In this document: positions 12,991 through 25,100 of the stretch, one piece after another
Layout of the letters: each line of letters begins with the position of its first letter
Position numbering within the stretch: position 1 is the first letter of the stretch
Assembly: GCF_018350175.1 (NCBI RefSeq)
Contig: NC_058368.1
Span: 180,360,001-180,424,000, forward strand
DNA: 64,000 bases
Direction: 5' to 3'
Source of the DNA: Felis catus
Lineage: Eukaryota
Program-made: the position numbers and the translations under genes
Notes under the pieces: generated by a model
Databases searched by the model: none
Seen by the model: only the letters and a program-made list of their open reading frames with translations
What the model was told of the DNA's origin: nothing

Positions 12991-14178
12991 CTAGAGAGAG
13001 AGACAGAGAAGAGCCTGAGTCAGCCTGGGTCTGGGATAATGTGTTGGGCTAAACTGTTGCCGCAAATCCCTAAGACAATAACAGTGGAGGAATTTGTAAT
13101 TTCTCAAGCGGTTATGCAGATATTTGTAAGGGAAGCAGAGAGGGTCCCAAGGATAACAATTGCTCTTCCTTCTCCCAAATCTCTAATCCTTAGAACCTCA
13201 AAGAGTATGGAAACTGAGGTCAACAGTGTGCAAACTTCTGTGCACAGAAGGATCAGCAAGATTGTTAACACTCAGGAATCCTTATACAGCTGCTGGTAGG
13301 AAGGCAAAATGCTACCGCCTCTGCAGAGGGGAATGTGACAACCCTAACACAATTCCAGATGCACTGGCCTTGTGACCCCATTCACCTTGCTTCTAGACAC
13401 TCTTCCACAAATACCACTGTACAAGTACCAATGAGATATGGAGAAGGTTACTTGTTCTGGCACTGTTTGTAAGAGCAAATGACTAAAGGCAACCCTAGTG
13501 TCTAATCTTCTTTATTCTGTTTGTCCTGCTTTCCTCCTGTCTTTCCCTTTCCCACATGTCACAGACTCAGATGCTGGCCGGGTACAGACCTCAGAAATAT
13601 AAGCTCCTGCTGCTGCCCCAATGCCTATCATCTAAAGGAGAAACCTGCAGGCAGGTGAATGCAATGAAACATAAACCTGGTCTGCCAAGGCAAGAGCCAA
13701 CAGGCAAATAGCACAGGTGTTTGCTGTATAATCAACTGTAAGGTAATACCCATCACGCCCTTCCAATAGAAGCACAGTGACAGGAGCAGGCTCTTGAGAA
13801 TGTCAGGCCTCTTTCTGTGTGCAGTATTTGAGCTTAGAGCAGATAATAGGGGCCATGACCCTCTTCTTCATGAGGCTTCAAGTTCAAAGGGCAAGGATTT
13901 GCTCACCACCCCGCTTTTAGTGCTGGCACATGGTAGGTGCTCACAATGTGCTTGCGAAGGAACTGAAGCTGCCTACAGTGCTTCTCGTTCCAGTCAGCGA
14001 GTTTGCCATCATGCCTGTATCCACATCCACATTCACAATACTGACACTGTGCATCACGGTCACACAGATGAAATATGCACGGGGCCCGATGGTGCAGTGG
14101 GCAAGGGCAGGAGAGTGCCCCCGGGGATGGCCGCAGAGGTTGAGAGGCTCATACAAACCCTGTCAGCCACATACTCAC

Positions 14179-14265
14179 ACTTTCTGGTCTTGTTGCAGCA
14201 ACAGAGCAGAAAGGTTACTGAGCTGGATGATTAATATTGCAAATTGCTTATTCTTCTCATCGTAC
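14179..14265 (-). CDS. WWC1: WWC1 exon 14 (87 nt), C2 domain
   Basis: Encodes YDEKNKQFAILIIQLSNLSALLLQQDQK. CAG acceptor, GTGAGT donor. Confidence 0.96.
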
Positions 14266-14485
14266 CTGAAATGGAGAGGGACATATGGAGCACGTATGAG
14301 TAACACATTTCTCTCTCTCTTAATCATCACAGACGTGGCTGCTGGCTGCTTGGGGGACTGTGGGGAACTTGAGAGCACAGGTCCAGTGCTGTGGGCCATG
14401 TAGGGATGCAGGTTCAGACCTGCTGGTCTGAATTTTTATTTTTATTTTTTTTTTAAATGAAGTGTCAGCTTAGATTTCCGTTTAC

Positions 14486-14698
14486 TTTTTTTTTTTTTTT
14501 TTTTTACATTTATTTATTTTGAGAGAGACAGAGTGTGAGCGGGGAAGGGCCAGAGAGAGAGGGAGAATCCCCAGCAGGCTCCACGCGGTCAATGCGCAGA
14601 GCCCAACGCAGGGCTTCAACCCCATGAAACCGTGCCATCATGACCGAAGCCGAAATCGAGAGTGGGATGCTCAACCGACTGAGCCACCCAGGTGCCCC
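14486..14698 (-). mobile_element. Felid CAN-SINE
   Basis: T-tail, (GA)n stretch and gagccacccaggtgcccc end. Confidence 0.9.
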
Positions 14699-15179
14699 TA
14701 TCAGTCTGAATGTTTAAGGAGAAGCCAGAAGATTGTGCTGTGTGAAATCTCTTGATACTTGAATATTGGCAATTTCTACCAAAAATAATATTGTGGCCAT
14801 CCTGCATCAAGGGAAAACACAGGAACAACAATCTGGGCTGCAGCCCCCAATGGCTGAAACTTCAATGGGACAGTAAGCCAAAAAACCACAGCAACAATGG
14901 CCCCAAAAAACAAGGCATAGGAGGTCTTGGTCATGGTCTTGCTCTGCCACTGGCCAGCTCAGTGAGTTGGGGCAAGTAACAAGGTCTTCAAAGCCTCATT
15001 CTTCTCTTTGGTAAAATGTGGAGGTGAGAGGGAGGGAAAGGATGGCCCTCTTTAGTTAGGAGGCCACAAGTGTTGGCAGGTCCTGCTGGTTCTGCCTTTC
15101 TCCCCTAGGCAGCCATGAAGGTCAAAACTGAGAAGATGCTGCTGACCACCCATGTGCTCCTGTCCTCCCAGTCACTTAC

Positions 15180-15260
15180 TTCAGGGCAATCTGAACCCGG
15201 GTTGCACCCACTGCTTCGGATTCGTCACTGTCAAAAGCGGCAGCTTCTGAAGCACCCGGT
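15180..15260 (-). CDS. WWC1: WWC1 exon 13 (81 nt), start of C2 domain
   Basis: Encodes (R)PGASEAAAFDSDESEAVGATRVQIAL. CAG acceptor, GTAAGT donor. Confidence 0.95.
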
Positions 15261-15698
15261 CTGAGAGGCAACACAGGGAAGAAGGAGGGTCAGGCTTCCC
15301 TGCAGTCACCTGGGGCCAAAGTCATCTTCCAGAAACAGGGTTCCCTCTGGGAGGGCACAGTCGGGTCCTCAAGGAGGAAAGTCTGGGTCAGCTCAGACTC
15401 CCTGCAGATTCCGCCTTCCCACGACTGCTCGGCATTCCTGTCTTGAAGGGGCTGCACTTCTTCCAGCATGAACTCCCCCAGCCATACGCTCCTTAATGGC
15501 AATCGTGGAACTGGCACTCCCGCGAATGTGAAGTGTCCCCAGCCCCAGGAGGAGCAGCACTGTCTGCATCTTCAGCCTATACCACACAGGGCTGAGTCAC
15601 CTGGCCATGCCCTTCTGTGGGTTCCTCCCACATACCTGAGGGGGCCCAGGCTCTGCATACTCAGACTTCCCAGAGACAGTCAAGACTCAGGGACCCAC

Positions 15699-15807
15699 CT
15701 CTGCACAGAAGCCTCATACACACCACTGTCCCCGGCCACGGATTCATCTGACACAGCAGCTGACACACAGGCCACTTTCAGGCTGCACCCCTGGGCTGTA
15801 TTCACAG
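15699..15807 (-). CDS. WWC1: WWC1 exon 12 (109 nt)
   Basis: Encodes (A)VNTAQGCSLKVACVSAAVSDESVAGDSGVYEASVQ, with the WWC-family SDESVAGDSGVYEAS motif. CAG acceptor, GTGGGT donor. Confidence 0.96.
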
Positions 15808-18800
15808 CTGGAGAAAGGAAGGATGGCAAGACAGGATTCAGAAACCTGGACACTGTCTTTGCAACACACACTTATGATCTACCCTCTGCCCCAAGAGAGT
15901 CCTGCCAAATACCACCACTGAACTCGACAGCAAGGTCCTGCCTTCCTTTGGGGTGAAGGAAGGGGTAGCGGATGATTCTGTGTTTAGCATCCCAGACTTG
16001 GAAGCCAAACTGCATGGGTTCAAATCTCAGCTCCACCACTTACTGCTTCATGACACTGGGACATGGATTTCACCTCTCGAACCCTTGGATTCCTTATCTG
16101 TAAATGGGAATAACAACACTTACCTGGTAGGGCTGCTGGGGGGACTCAATGAGACATTATAGGGAAGTCCACAGTACAGAGACTGGTGCAGGAAAATGCT
16201 GTAAAATTCAGCACCACTATCCTTATTGCAACGGTCATTCCCAGCACTATGGTGATGCCTTCTAGATCAATCCCTACACACCTGGGGCGGGGCGGGGCAA
16301 AGTAACAACTGCTGGACCCTTGGGAGGGGCAAGTGGAAGAAAAGGGAAGATTTCAGCACAAGCTATCCTGCTCTGCCTGTCCCATTCCACTCCTAACTCA
16401 GCTCTCCAGCTCCCTCCCCTTGATGGAGGGCCTCAAAGGTCTCCGACCCAGGGCTCAGACCAGGCACTTGGCTCATGCTGCACATTCCTTCCTTCTTCAA
16501 GTCACAAGCGCTGGAGGCGTGGCAGGCCAGGCTCAGAGCTACCAGCATGGATAGGAAGGCTCCTGAGTTCCATGCAGTGGGGGGGCAAGACCAGATTCAG
16601 GCCCTTCGACCTCACAGCTGGCACTTCTGACTGCCTGCTGTGTGCCAGGCCCTGGGGCAGCCTGGAGAAGAGGCTGGGGATGGGCCAGGCTGGGGAAAGG
16701 GATGGTGACATTGAGCCTGGGAGAAGCAAAGTGGCCATCTGGGTGCAGCTCTCCCAACCCGTGTTCCATGCCTGCTGCGGCCAGCGGAGACCTCCCGCCT
16801 TCAGACCCACGCATCTCCACCCTTCACTAAACCACTTAAGGAGATTAATTTGTCTGCTGACTGAACAGCGGCACTAATCACATAACCTGCTTAGTGTCGA
16901 GCTCAGCCTGGCATCGCTCACTGCAGGGACGGCTTTTGGAGATGGCATGAAGGGAATGCCATCCTGAGACATGTGTGGTCCTTGGCCCACAAGCACTGAG
17001 GACACTCTGGGGGAGAGAAGGAGGGTCACTCCCAGCACCTTGCTGGGTCCCTGACTTGGTTTATTGCCAGCCTTTGACAGACTGTCAAGAGCTCTTCTGG
17101 AGCCTCATTACAGGTTCCACCTGCACTCGCTCCTCTCCAGGGGACAATTTTCTGAAGTTTGCCACCTGCTGTAGTAGGAAGCTGTTTTTATTTTTGTTTG
17201 AGAGCACTCAGCAAGACTCCCTTCCTGATGAGGGAGCCCCAGGGATCTCTCGGCACCTCTTCTAAGGAAATGGCTGGCAATCACCCAGCAGACCCTTTAA
17301 TTAACCAGGAAATCTCGTCTCCCCCCATCCCCCCCCCCCCCCCCCCCCGCCCTTGCTCCCACCAGCCCTTGCACACGAAGAGATAATTCTGGGCATAGCG
17401 GCAGCCCTCCTGCCCATTTCTGGAGCCTTATGGCTGAGATGGGTCTAGCTTCTTCCAGCTGGCATCACAAGGAGCCAGGAGCAGGAGCCCTGTGTGCACG
17501 AAGCCAGCACATGTCTTAGTGTGGGTTCTGGGCAGGTGGTCCTGACCGTATCCTGTATACCTATACTCAATAAGTCATGGCCAGGAAAGCCTGGGAGCCC
17601 CAGGGCACCCTGCTCACAGTTCTGACCTTCACATCGGATGGGTGTGGTGGGGCCAGTGAGCACCAGAGGTGTCCCAGGAATAAACACACAGGGCTGCCTC
17701 ACATCCTGAGAAGAGTGTGACAATAAAGAGGTTGGGTTCTGGGGTCAGGAAAACCCAGATTCCAATCCCTTCTTTCCCACTTGCTGGCTGGGGGACCTAT
17801 AGCAAGTGATATCACCTCTCTAAACCGCTGTCTCCTCATCTGTGAAATGGGCATAACAGAAGTAACCTATTTCACTGTATAAACCACACAGCCCGTCACA
17901 CAACATACCCCAATAAAATGTAACTATTATAATATATGCTGGCTGCTAAAGAATTTTTCTCCTAATAAATCATAACTGTCACCATCATCATCTTCTGTTT
18001 TAGAGATTCCTACCTGAATCTCAATCTATACCAAAATATTCTTTCTGACCCCATGCAGAGTGGGAGCCAGATCCTGTCATTCCCTGGCTTCAAATGGTCA
18101 TATGGGTCCTTGCTGCTATTAGGATAAAATCCAAACTCCTTACCACGGCCCACCAGGCCTTAAATGACTGGGCCCTTCCTGATTCTCTGGTTTGCTGGTG
18201 ACCTCTAACCTGTGGCCTCAGAGATTTTGCTCTTACTTTTCCCAAAGCTGGCTCCTTCTCACCGTTTAAATGCTCACCCAAATGTCGTCTTCCTTCACAA
18301 CCCAGTCTGAACTGGCAGCTCCACCCCGACCTGAGAGGCCCCATCACATCCCATTTTGTTTTCCTCCTAGGGCCTTTACTGGTCTGGTTGTATAGTTAAT
18401 GTCTGTGCCTTCAATGGCATGTAAGCTTCTTGGGGACAGGGACCTGGAGCTTGCCAGTCTTCCACACTGTGTCCTTGTGAGTCACCCTGTGCCTGGCACA
18501 TGGCCCATACGCTGACTGAATAAACGAAGGAATCCATGTACAGATATTAGCACAAGATCTGGCATTTAGTTTTAACAGATACTTAATATCAATTGAATGA
18601 ATGGATCCATCATGGAAAAACTCTTAGCCCAGGACCTGGAACGTAGTGAGTACGTAAAAATAATGTCTCCTGAATGAATAAATGGACTGATATACACATA
18701 AAGCCTGGGCAGATAGAAAGCAGTCGGTAAATGGCCCTAATTATCACTGGTGTCTGCACTCAGGCCTGAGTGCAGTCCTACCCTGCCCGCCCCCCCCCCC

Positions 18801-18821
18801 CCCAATGGTTCCCCTCTGTAC

Positions 18822-19357
18822 CTTGGCCCAACTGTTTGCCCTCCGTTCCTGGTTCCTCCGGCCGGTACCTCTCCCGGGTGCCACTGCCAAGGCTCAGTTC
18901 ACAAAGAGTGGCACTCAGCTCCGGGTCGTCAAACTCCAGGGGGCTCAGGAAGGTGTCTCCAGCCAGCAGGGGGTCAGCAATGAGAGGGGAGCAGGGCGGG
19001 GACGGAGAGGAGAGTGAGGAGCGGGGGGACAGGGAGGTCATGGACTTCGGGGTGCCAGACAGGGAGCGCAGGGCCTGCAGGCGGCTGCCCCCCTCCGCCT
19101 TCTGGGTCTTGGCCACCTCGTCCTCATGGATAGTGGTGATGCAGCCTGAGGGCCGGAAGCCCGTGGCCCCCTCCAGGAGCAGAAACTCCACCTTGCTCTG
19201 CAGCTCCGAGTCCAGCTGCTCGAAGGGGTCATAGTAGAGATCAGTGAAGCTGGCTGAGGTGGAGGAGTCCAGGCTAGAGGCGGCTAGGGAGCCCCGGCTG
19301 GATGCGAGGGATCCAGGACTGCTGCCTGAGGAGAGGGACTGCATGCTGCTTGAGAGG
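18822..19357 (-). CDS. WWC1: WWC1 exon 11 (536 nt), Ser-rich region with mitotic phosphosites
   Basis: Encodes [24 protein letters not shown]...[15 protein letters not shown]...GKQLGQ. The [13 protein letters not shown] motif (human S539/S542/S548 region) is intact. CAG acceptor, GTACAG donor. Confidence 0.97.
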
Positions 19358-20180
19358 CTGGGGGCAAGAAGACAACAGAGGGTGAGGACACACAGAAGGA
19401 AATGGGCTACCCTGAACCTCCTTCTTGGCTCTGAGAAGCCCTACGGCTGCTCGGAACACTTAATTTTGCTGGACCCTCTTGACAGTCTCCAGGGGAGACC
19501 ATGCACCCCAATTTCACTAAAAAGGCATCCTGAGAAGGCCACACAATCAGAAAGTGGCAGAAGGGGGATTCCAATCCAAGTCAGTGGCCTTAAAAGTCCA
19601 CTTTTTCCCGTCTGCCAAACCTCCACTGGCCGTAGTCCATTTTTACACTATGTTTCCTTGTATGAATCCAGCCCTATTTCTTGATATTTTTCTTCAAATA
19701 AACTCACTCTTTACTCTTCAACACATTTATTTTAAAAGGAAACTTTACACCCTAAGTGGGATTGGAAAAGCAGCATCATTTATGACAAATAGAAGGCAAG
19801 GATTAAAAATATCTGATGGAACAAAATATATTAAATTCCAGGGATACGCTGTTGCCCACTGAGGCCCAGGCCTGAGGCCTGCTCTCTCTGCGTTGGCAAA
19901 GCAGGTGGGCAGATATTAGAGATGTGAATGGCACCTGATGGGGGGGGTCTTCTCCTCGGTGCTGTCAGGAGGGCTGAGGGCACCATAGTGCAGACAGGTG
20001 AGGGACCCTGCCCTGGCCATGCCACACCAGCCTCGAGTCCACCAGCTTAACCAGCTGCCCACTGTGCTTCCAAATGTCCACACTCAAGCCATGGAGGACC
20101 CAGGAAGGGCAGAGCCTGGGTGACCTCAGGATGCTGGTGTCTGGCTGTCCCCAAGGCCACACTCGTGGCCCACCGCTCAC

Positions 20181-20270
20181 CTTTTCAGCTGGGAATGCAG
20201 AGCTGCTACCTGCCGGGTGGCTTCCTCCAGTTCTCTCACCAGCTGGTTCCTCTTACTGTTTAACTTTAAC
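20181..20270 (-). CDS. WWC1: WWC1 exon 10 (90 nt)
   Basis: Encodes LKLNSKRNQLVRELEEATRQVAALHSQLK. CAG acceptor, GTGAGC donor. Confidence 0.95.
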
Positions 20271-21796
20271 CTGAAGGAAGAGAAGGCATGAGTGGGGAGC
20301 ACGGGGGGGGGGGGGGGAGTCCAGCCTCCATCTTCCTAGACGAAGAATCACAGGCATATACGTGTGAAGATATACATGCAGATCCACAAACACACAAGAA
20401 TTTTCTGGGAGTGTTTTACTATGATCTTTGGGGGAGATATGGCTCCCACATATGATCCTATAGGAACTGCTATATTCGTCACCTACTATATACCAGGCAC
20501 TGTGCTAGGAAATGGGTAACACTGCCTTCATTCATTTGTACAAGAACCCTGCACAGCAAAATGGTTTTTACCACTTTACATTATGAGGAAATTGAGGCGC
20601 TTAAGAGTTAAATAATTTAACGCTGGAGGATTAGTGGTAGAATTAGAATTCCACCCAAGCAGCCCTCCCTTCTCCTCCTTTCCCTCCTTCCTTCCCATCC
20701 ATTGGCCCCTACTCACCCACCAATATTTGCTTAGTGCCTACCTCATACGAGAACCTGGTGGCACTTGGCACTAGGGATAAAGATATAAGCAAAACAGAAC
20801 TTGTTTCTGCACTTATGGAGCTCACATTCTGCTGGGGAGGGTGGGGGAGGACACACATTAAAAAAATACTCAAATATCAAATATCTAATGAACATACTGT
20901 GTGTCAAGGTTTAGGAATAAAAAGTATGGAATAGTGGAAAAGAACACAGGAGAGACCCAATTTAGACTAGCAGGTGGGATTCTTGGAGCAAGTGACTTTG
21001 TGCCTTAGCCTGTGCTGTCCTGAGCTCCCTGGGCTCACAGTTGGACCTTTCATAGCTTCCCTGGCAGCTGGGTAGGTGGGGCATGGGACCAGGTTCTGGC
21101 CAATAGGAGGTGAGCAAAGGATGCGCATCAGGCTGAGGTGGTTAAGAGATGTTGGTGGATCTTTCCCACTGCTCCCTGGAGGGCTCTAAAGGAGCTTGTG
21201 CCACAGACGGAAGAGCCAGGGTCCCTGAATGACCAAACACACATAAGGCTGCCTGTCAGCCAGGAAAACTTCTACTGTATTTAGCCATAGAAATTTAGGG
21301 GGTTGTTTCCTGCAGCAGGTGGCCTCTCCTGACTAGTAGAGAAATTTAAGCTAATATGAAGGATGGGCAGGAGTTGGCCAGGAAAAGCGCAGGGGAGAGA
21401 ACATTCCAAGAGGGGAATCACAGCAGGGACCTCTTTCATTTTAAAGACATCATGGCTGCCGTGAGGAAAATGGGCAGGAGGCTGTGGATGGGAGACAGGG
21501 ACAAGAGTTGGGGTGGCTATGATGGTGGGCTTCAGATGGAGCAGACAGAGAAAGGTCATGGGCTGGATGAGGGGCAAGGCCGAGGGAGTTAAGAGGAAGA
21601 CTGTGAGGTCCCTGCCACTAGCAACTGAATGGATCTGAGATGGCTTCTGTCGGGATGGGAGAGTGATGGGCAGAGCAGCCCAGGGGAAGGGAAGAGTTCC
21701 CTTATGGATGTGTGGGTATGAACACTGAACAGGTGGGCTGTTGTAAACGTGGGGGACCCCCATCACATGATGACCACATGAAAAAGATGACCATCT

Positions 21797-22175
21797 TCTA
21801 TGGACCAAATTGTGTCCCCTTACCCCCAAAGTCATATACTGAAGTCTTAATAACCTAGTACCTCAAAATGTGACTGTACTTGGAGATAAGGCCTTTAAAG
21901 AATTAAGGTAAAATGAGGTCATATGGATGAGTCTTAATCCAACATGACTGGTGTTCTTATAGGAGGAGATTAGGACACAGACATGCATGCAGAGTGGACC
22001 ATGTGAAGTCATGGTAGACGTTCATGTATGGATGGCCACCTTCAAGCTAAGGAGAGAAACTTCCAAAGAAACAATCCTGGCAGCACTCTGGTCTTGGACT
22101 TCAGGCTCCAGAAATGTGAGACAATACATTTCACCTATTTTGTGGTACTTTGGTGTGGCAGACCTAACAAACGAA
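21797..22175 (+). mobile_element. MLT1A/B/C-type MaLR solo LTR
   Basis: Motifs 'aatgtgactgtacttggagataaggcctttaaag', 'taatccaacatgactggtgttcttata' and 'ttggacttcaggctccagaaatgtgagacaata'. Confidence 0.75.
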
Positions 22176-25100
22176 TGTACTGCCTTAGGGTAAAATATAG
22201 TGGGGGGAAAAAAGGGAGGGCCCAGGACTAAGCTCTGAGTATAAACAACACAAGGTTGAATGGACCAGCAACAGTTGGCAAAGGAACCTGAGAGAATGAG
22301 CCCAGAAGGCCCAGAGAAGATGCAGGGAGTGTGGTGGAGTGTCCTGGAACTTGGGAGCAAAGATCTGCACCAAGGCAAGTCTCATATCTGGTACTAAAGC
22401 CCAATTCAGTAACTATCTCCCTGGAGGCAAAATCCTTGCATTTAGAAGTAACCACTGGATATAGGCCCATCTCTCAGGTTCTCTCCTGAGATCCTGCATG
22501 GAGGGCAGCTTGGATGGGCTCTAAGCAGTGTGCTGGCTCCAGGAATGGCTCCCTCTAACCCCTGGAGTGAGCCCACTCTAAGGTCCCAGGATCTGACAGG
22601 GAAGGGGCTCCATCAAGCAAGGCTGTGCCCTAGCAAATGCATGATGTGGGCTGCCCTCGTGTATCCGCTAGATTTATGGTTCTCAGTGTGTGGTCCACAG
22701 ACCTCCTGTAGCAGAAAGGAAGGAGTGCTTATTAAATGCTCAATCTTGGGGCCTACTTTGATCAACTGACTCAGAAAGTGTGGGGCAGGGCTTAGGAATC
22801 TGCATCTCCATTAGGGCTCACAGGTGATTTTTAGGCACACTAAGGTTTATGAGCTGCTGCACTGGTTGGAGGCTGCACGTTGTATCTCCCACAGACAAAT
22901 GTGTTCCACTGTCGGCCTCATATCCCCTTATGCCACCCTGCTAGAGAAGGAATGACTGACCCGTTTGCAGAGCACAGCCAATCCGGCCTACGGCCTGGGA
23001 AAAAGAGTTCATTCTCATGGGAAAACCTAATCATGCCATCCCTCCACCAACACAGGCTCTGCAATGAAGACCAGAGCCTGCTCTAGACAACTGAGCAAGG
23101 TGGTGAGGGACTCGACATGGTCCTTGGCCAGCTCAATCCCTGGCACTATTCTTCCAGAGTCCTGCTTAGGGCTGGTGGGGCAGGCAGCAGACCAGCAGAT
23201 GGAGCCCATAATGAATAAAATCCTCGACTCTCAATGGAATGGACAAGACCGTGGGATCTCCTGACTCTCCATAAGACCAAGCCGGGGCTCGCCATTTCTA
23301 CCTGCATTTTCCTGTTTTCTGGGAGAAAGATCATAGAGACGTGTTCTGGCCGTAAATGCAGGTCACACTGGAGCCCAGCTAGGATGCCAAGGGGACTGGG
23401 AATCGGGTGGCCTCAACTTCCTGTGCACAGGGGCATAGCTGCTAGCAGCAACATGCAGGTGCTGAGGCCTCCTAGTAGAGGCTTTGGGCTTAGCAGGACA
23501 TATGGCATTTGTGTGTGATGCCTGGCACATGCTGGGAAGCCACGGATGCATCAAGCGTGGAAGTAGGAAGAGGATCCAGAAGGTGGAGCTGGAATTCCCA
23601 CGAGCTGTGGCTCAGTACCTGGGGTGCTGGTTAAAAATGCAAGAGCTTGGGCTACATCTCAGGCCTGGGGAATTGGTCCCTGGGGAGGAGTCCAGGGAGT
23701 CCACACTCTAACAAGCACCCTTTGTGACTGCACAGCAGCTCTCAGAAGTGGTGGTGAGGGCCCACGGAAAGGGAGGGGGGGCATGGGGTGCAGGGATGTC
23801 TGACTGTGACTGATCTGTGATTGAGGTTTGGGTATGTCTATTCCTGTCCGTCTCAAAGGCCCCTTGAGTGGAGAGGCTGATGTGTGAGGGTGAGGAGCAT
23901 CATACACTCAGTTGGAGGCTGGGAGGAGAAGACAACGAGAGAGAAGAGAGAGGAACATAAGAAACAAAAGACAGAAAGAGACCTAGACAGAGAACAGCAG
24001 AGTCCAGGGGATGAACACATACAGAAAAACACGGGACTAGAAGCAAAGAGCTGTAGACACAGACAAGAGATTGCTGGGTTGGTTTTCTCCTCTCTTCTCT
24101 GGAGGATGATCAGAGCCATCAGCACTGTCCCTACCCTTCCCGAGGGTCTCTCCTCTTCCTGCCCACATGCCCCCCCAGCTTCCCTCTGCATGTATCTCTG
24201 GGACCTCTGGGCTGCCTGGCTCAGCCACTGCTGTGGAGTGGGGATTCTGGCTTCCCTGGACTGGCTGTGTAAACTTGCCGTTCTCAGCGGCAATCGGACC
24301 TTTGAAAGACAGGGCTGAGACAATAATAAAAGCCCTTTTGACTGGGCAGTGGCCTCAGCAAGCATGGGCCCCAGAGCCAGCAAGCCTGGGTTCTAATCTC
24401 AGCTCTGCCATGTGGTGGTGTTGACCGAGCCTCAGTTTCCTCACCTATAAAATAGAGAATAGTCTCAGGGTTGCTGAGAGATTTAAATGAGATGATACAG
24501 GATACTGGGTCTAGCACATAGTGGCAGCTTTTGCCTGTAGCATAGGAGTCTCTAAGATAACCTCCAATCCTACTTTCAAGAAACCAAAATTATTATAGCA
24601 GGGAAGAGCCTCAAATCACAATCTGATCCAACTGCCTGCCTTCAGACTATATAGGTATTCAATACATAGTTATAGTTTTTTTCCCTATCAGGCAACTGAA
24701 GTCCATACTGGCCAATGACTTGCTCAGGGTCAGCAGTGGGATGGGTTTCTTTTTTGATCCAACAAGGAGTAAGGCTGCCATGAAATGTGTTCTCTTCAGC
24801 TGCTGGCAGTGAGCATCATCAACAGTGAAAGGTTCCCCATGGAAGCTGTAGAGTCTGGGAATAAGTGAGGGACCCAAGGGACTGTTAGAAGAGGCCAGAA
24901 GATACACGCAGAAGCCTGGCAAGGGTGTGCGTAGGCTGGCTAACCATTTATTCAACTAACACTGGAGGTACGAGGGTATATAGACACAAGCCTTCTGCCC
25001 AAAGTATGCAGCCCCAGGGAGAGCAGGACAGAGTCATGCTGCTGACGATTTCTAGCAGGTGCTTCAAGGGCTGCAAAACACCAATTATGGAAGCCCTGTC

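Noticed and set aside
18750..19684. Several long plus-strand ORFs antisense to exons 11, 9 and 14
   Set aside because: Shadow ORFs of GC-rich coding exons, with no independent gene structure.
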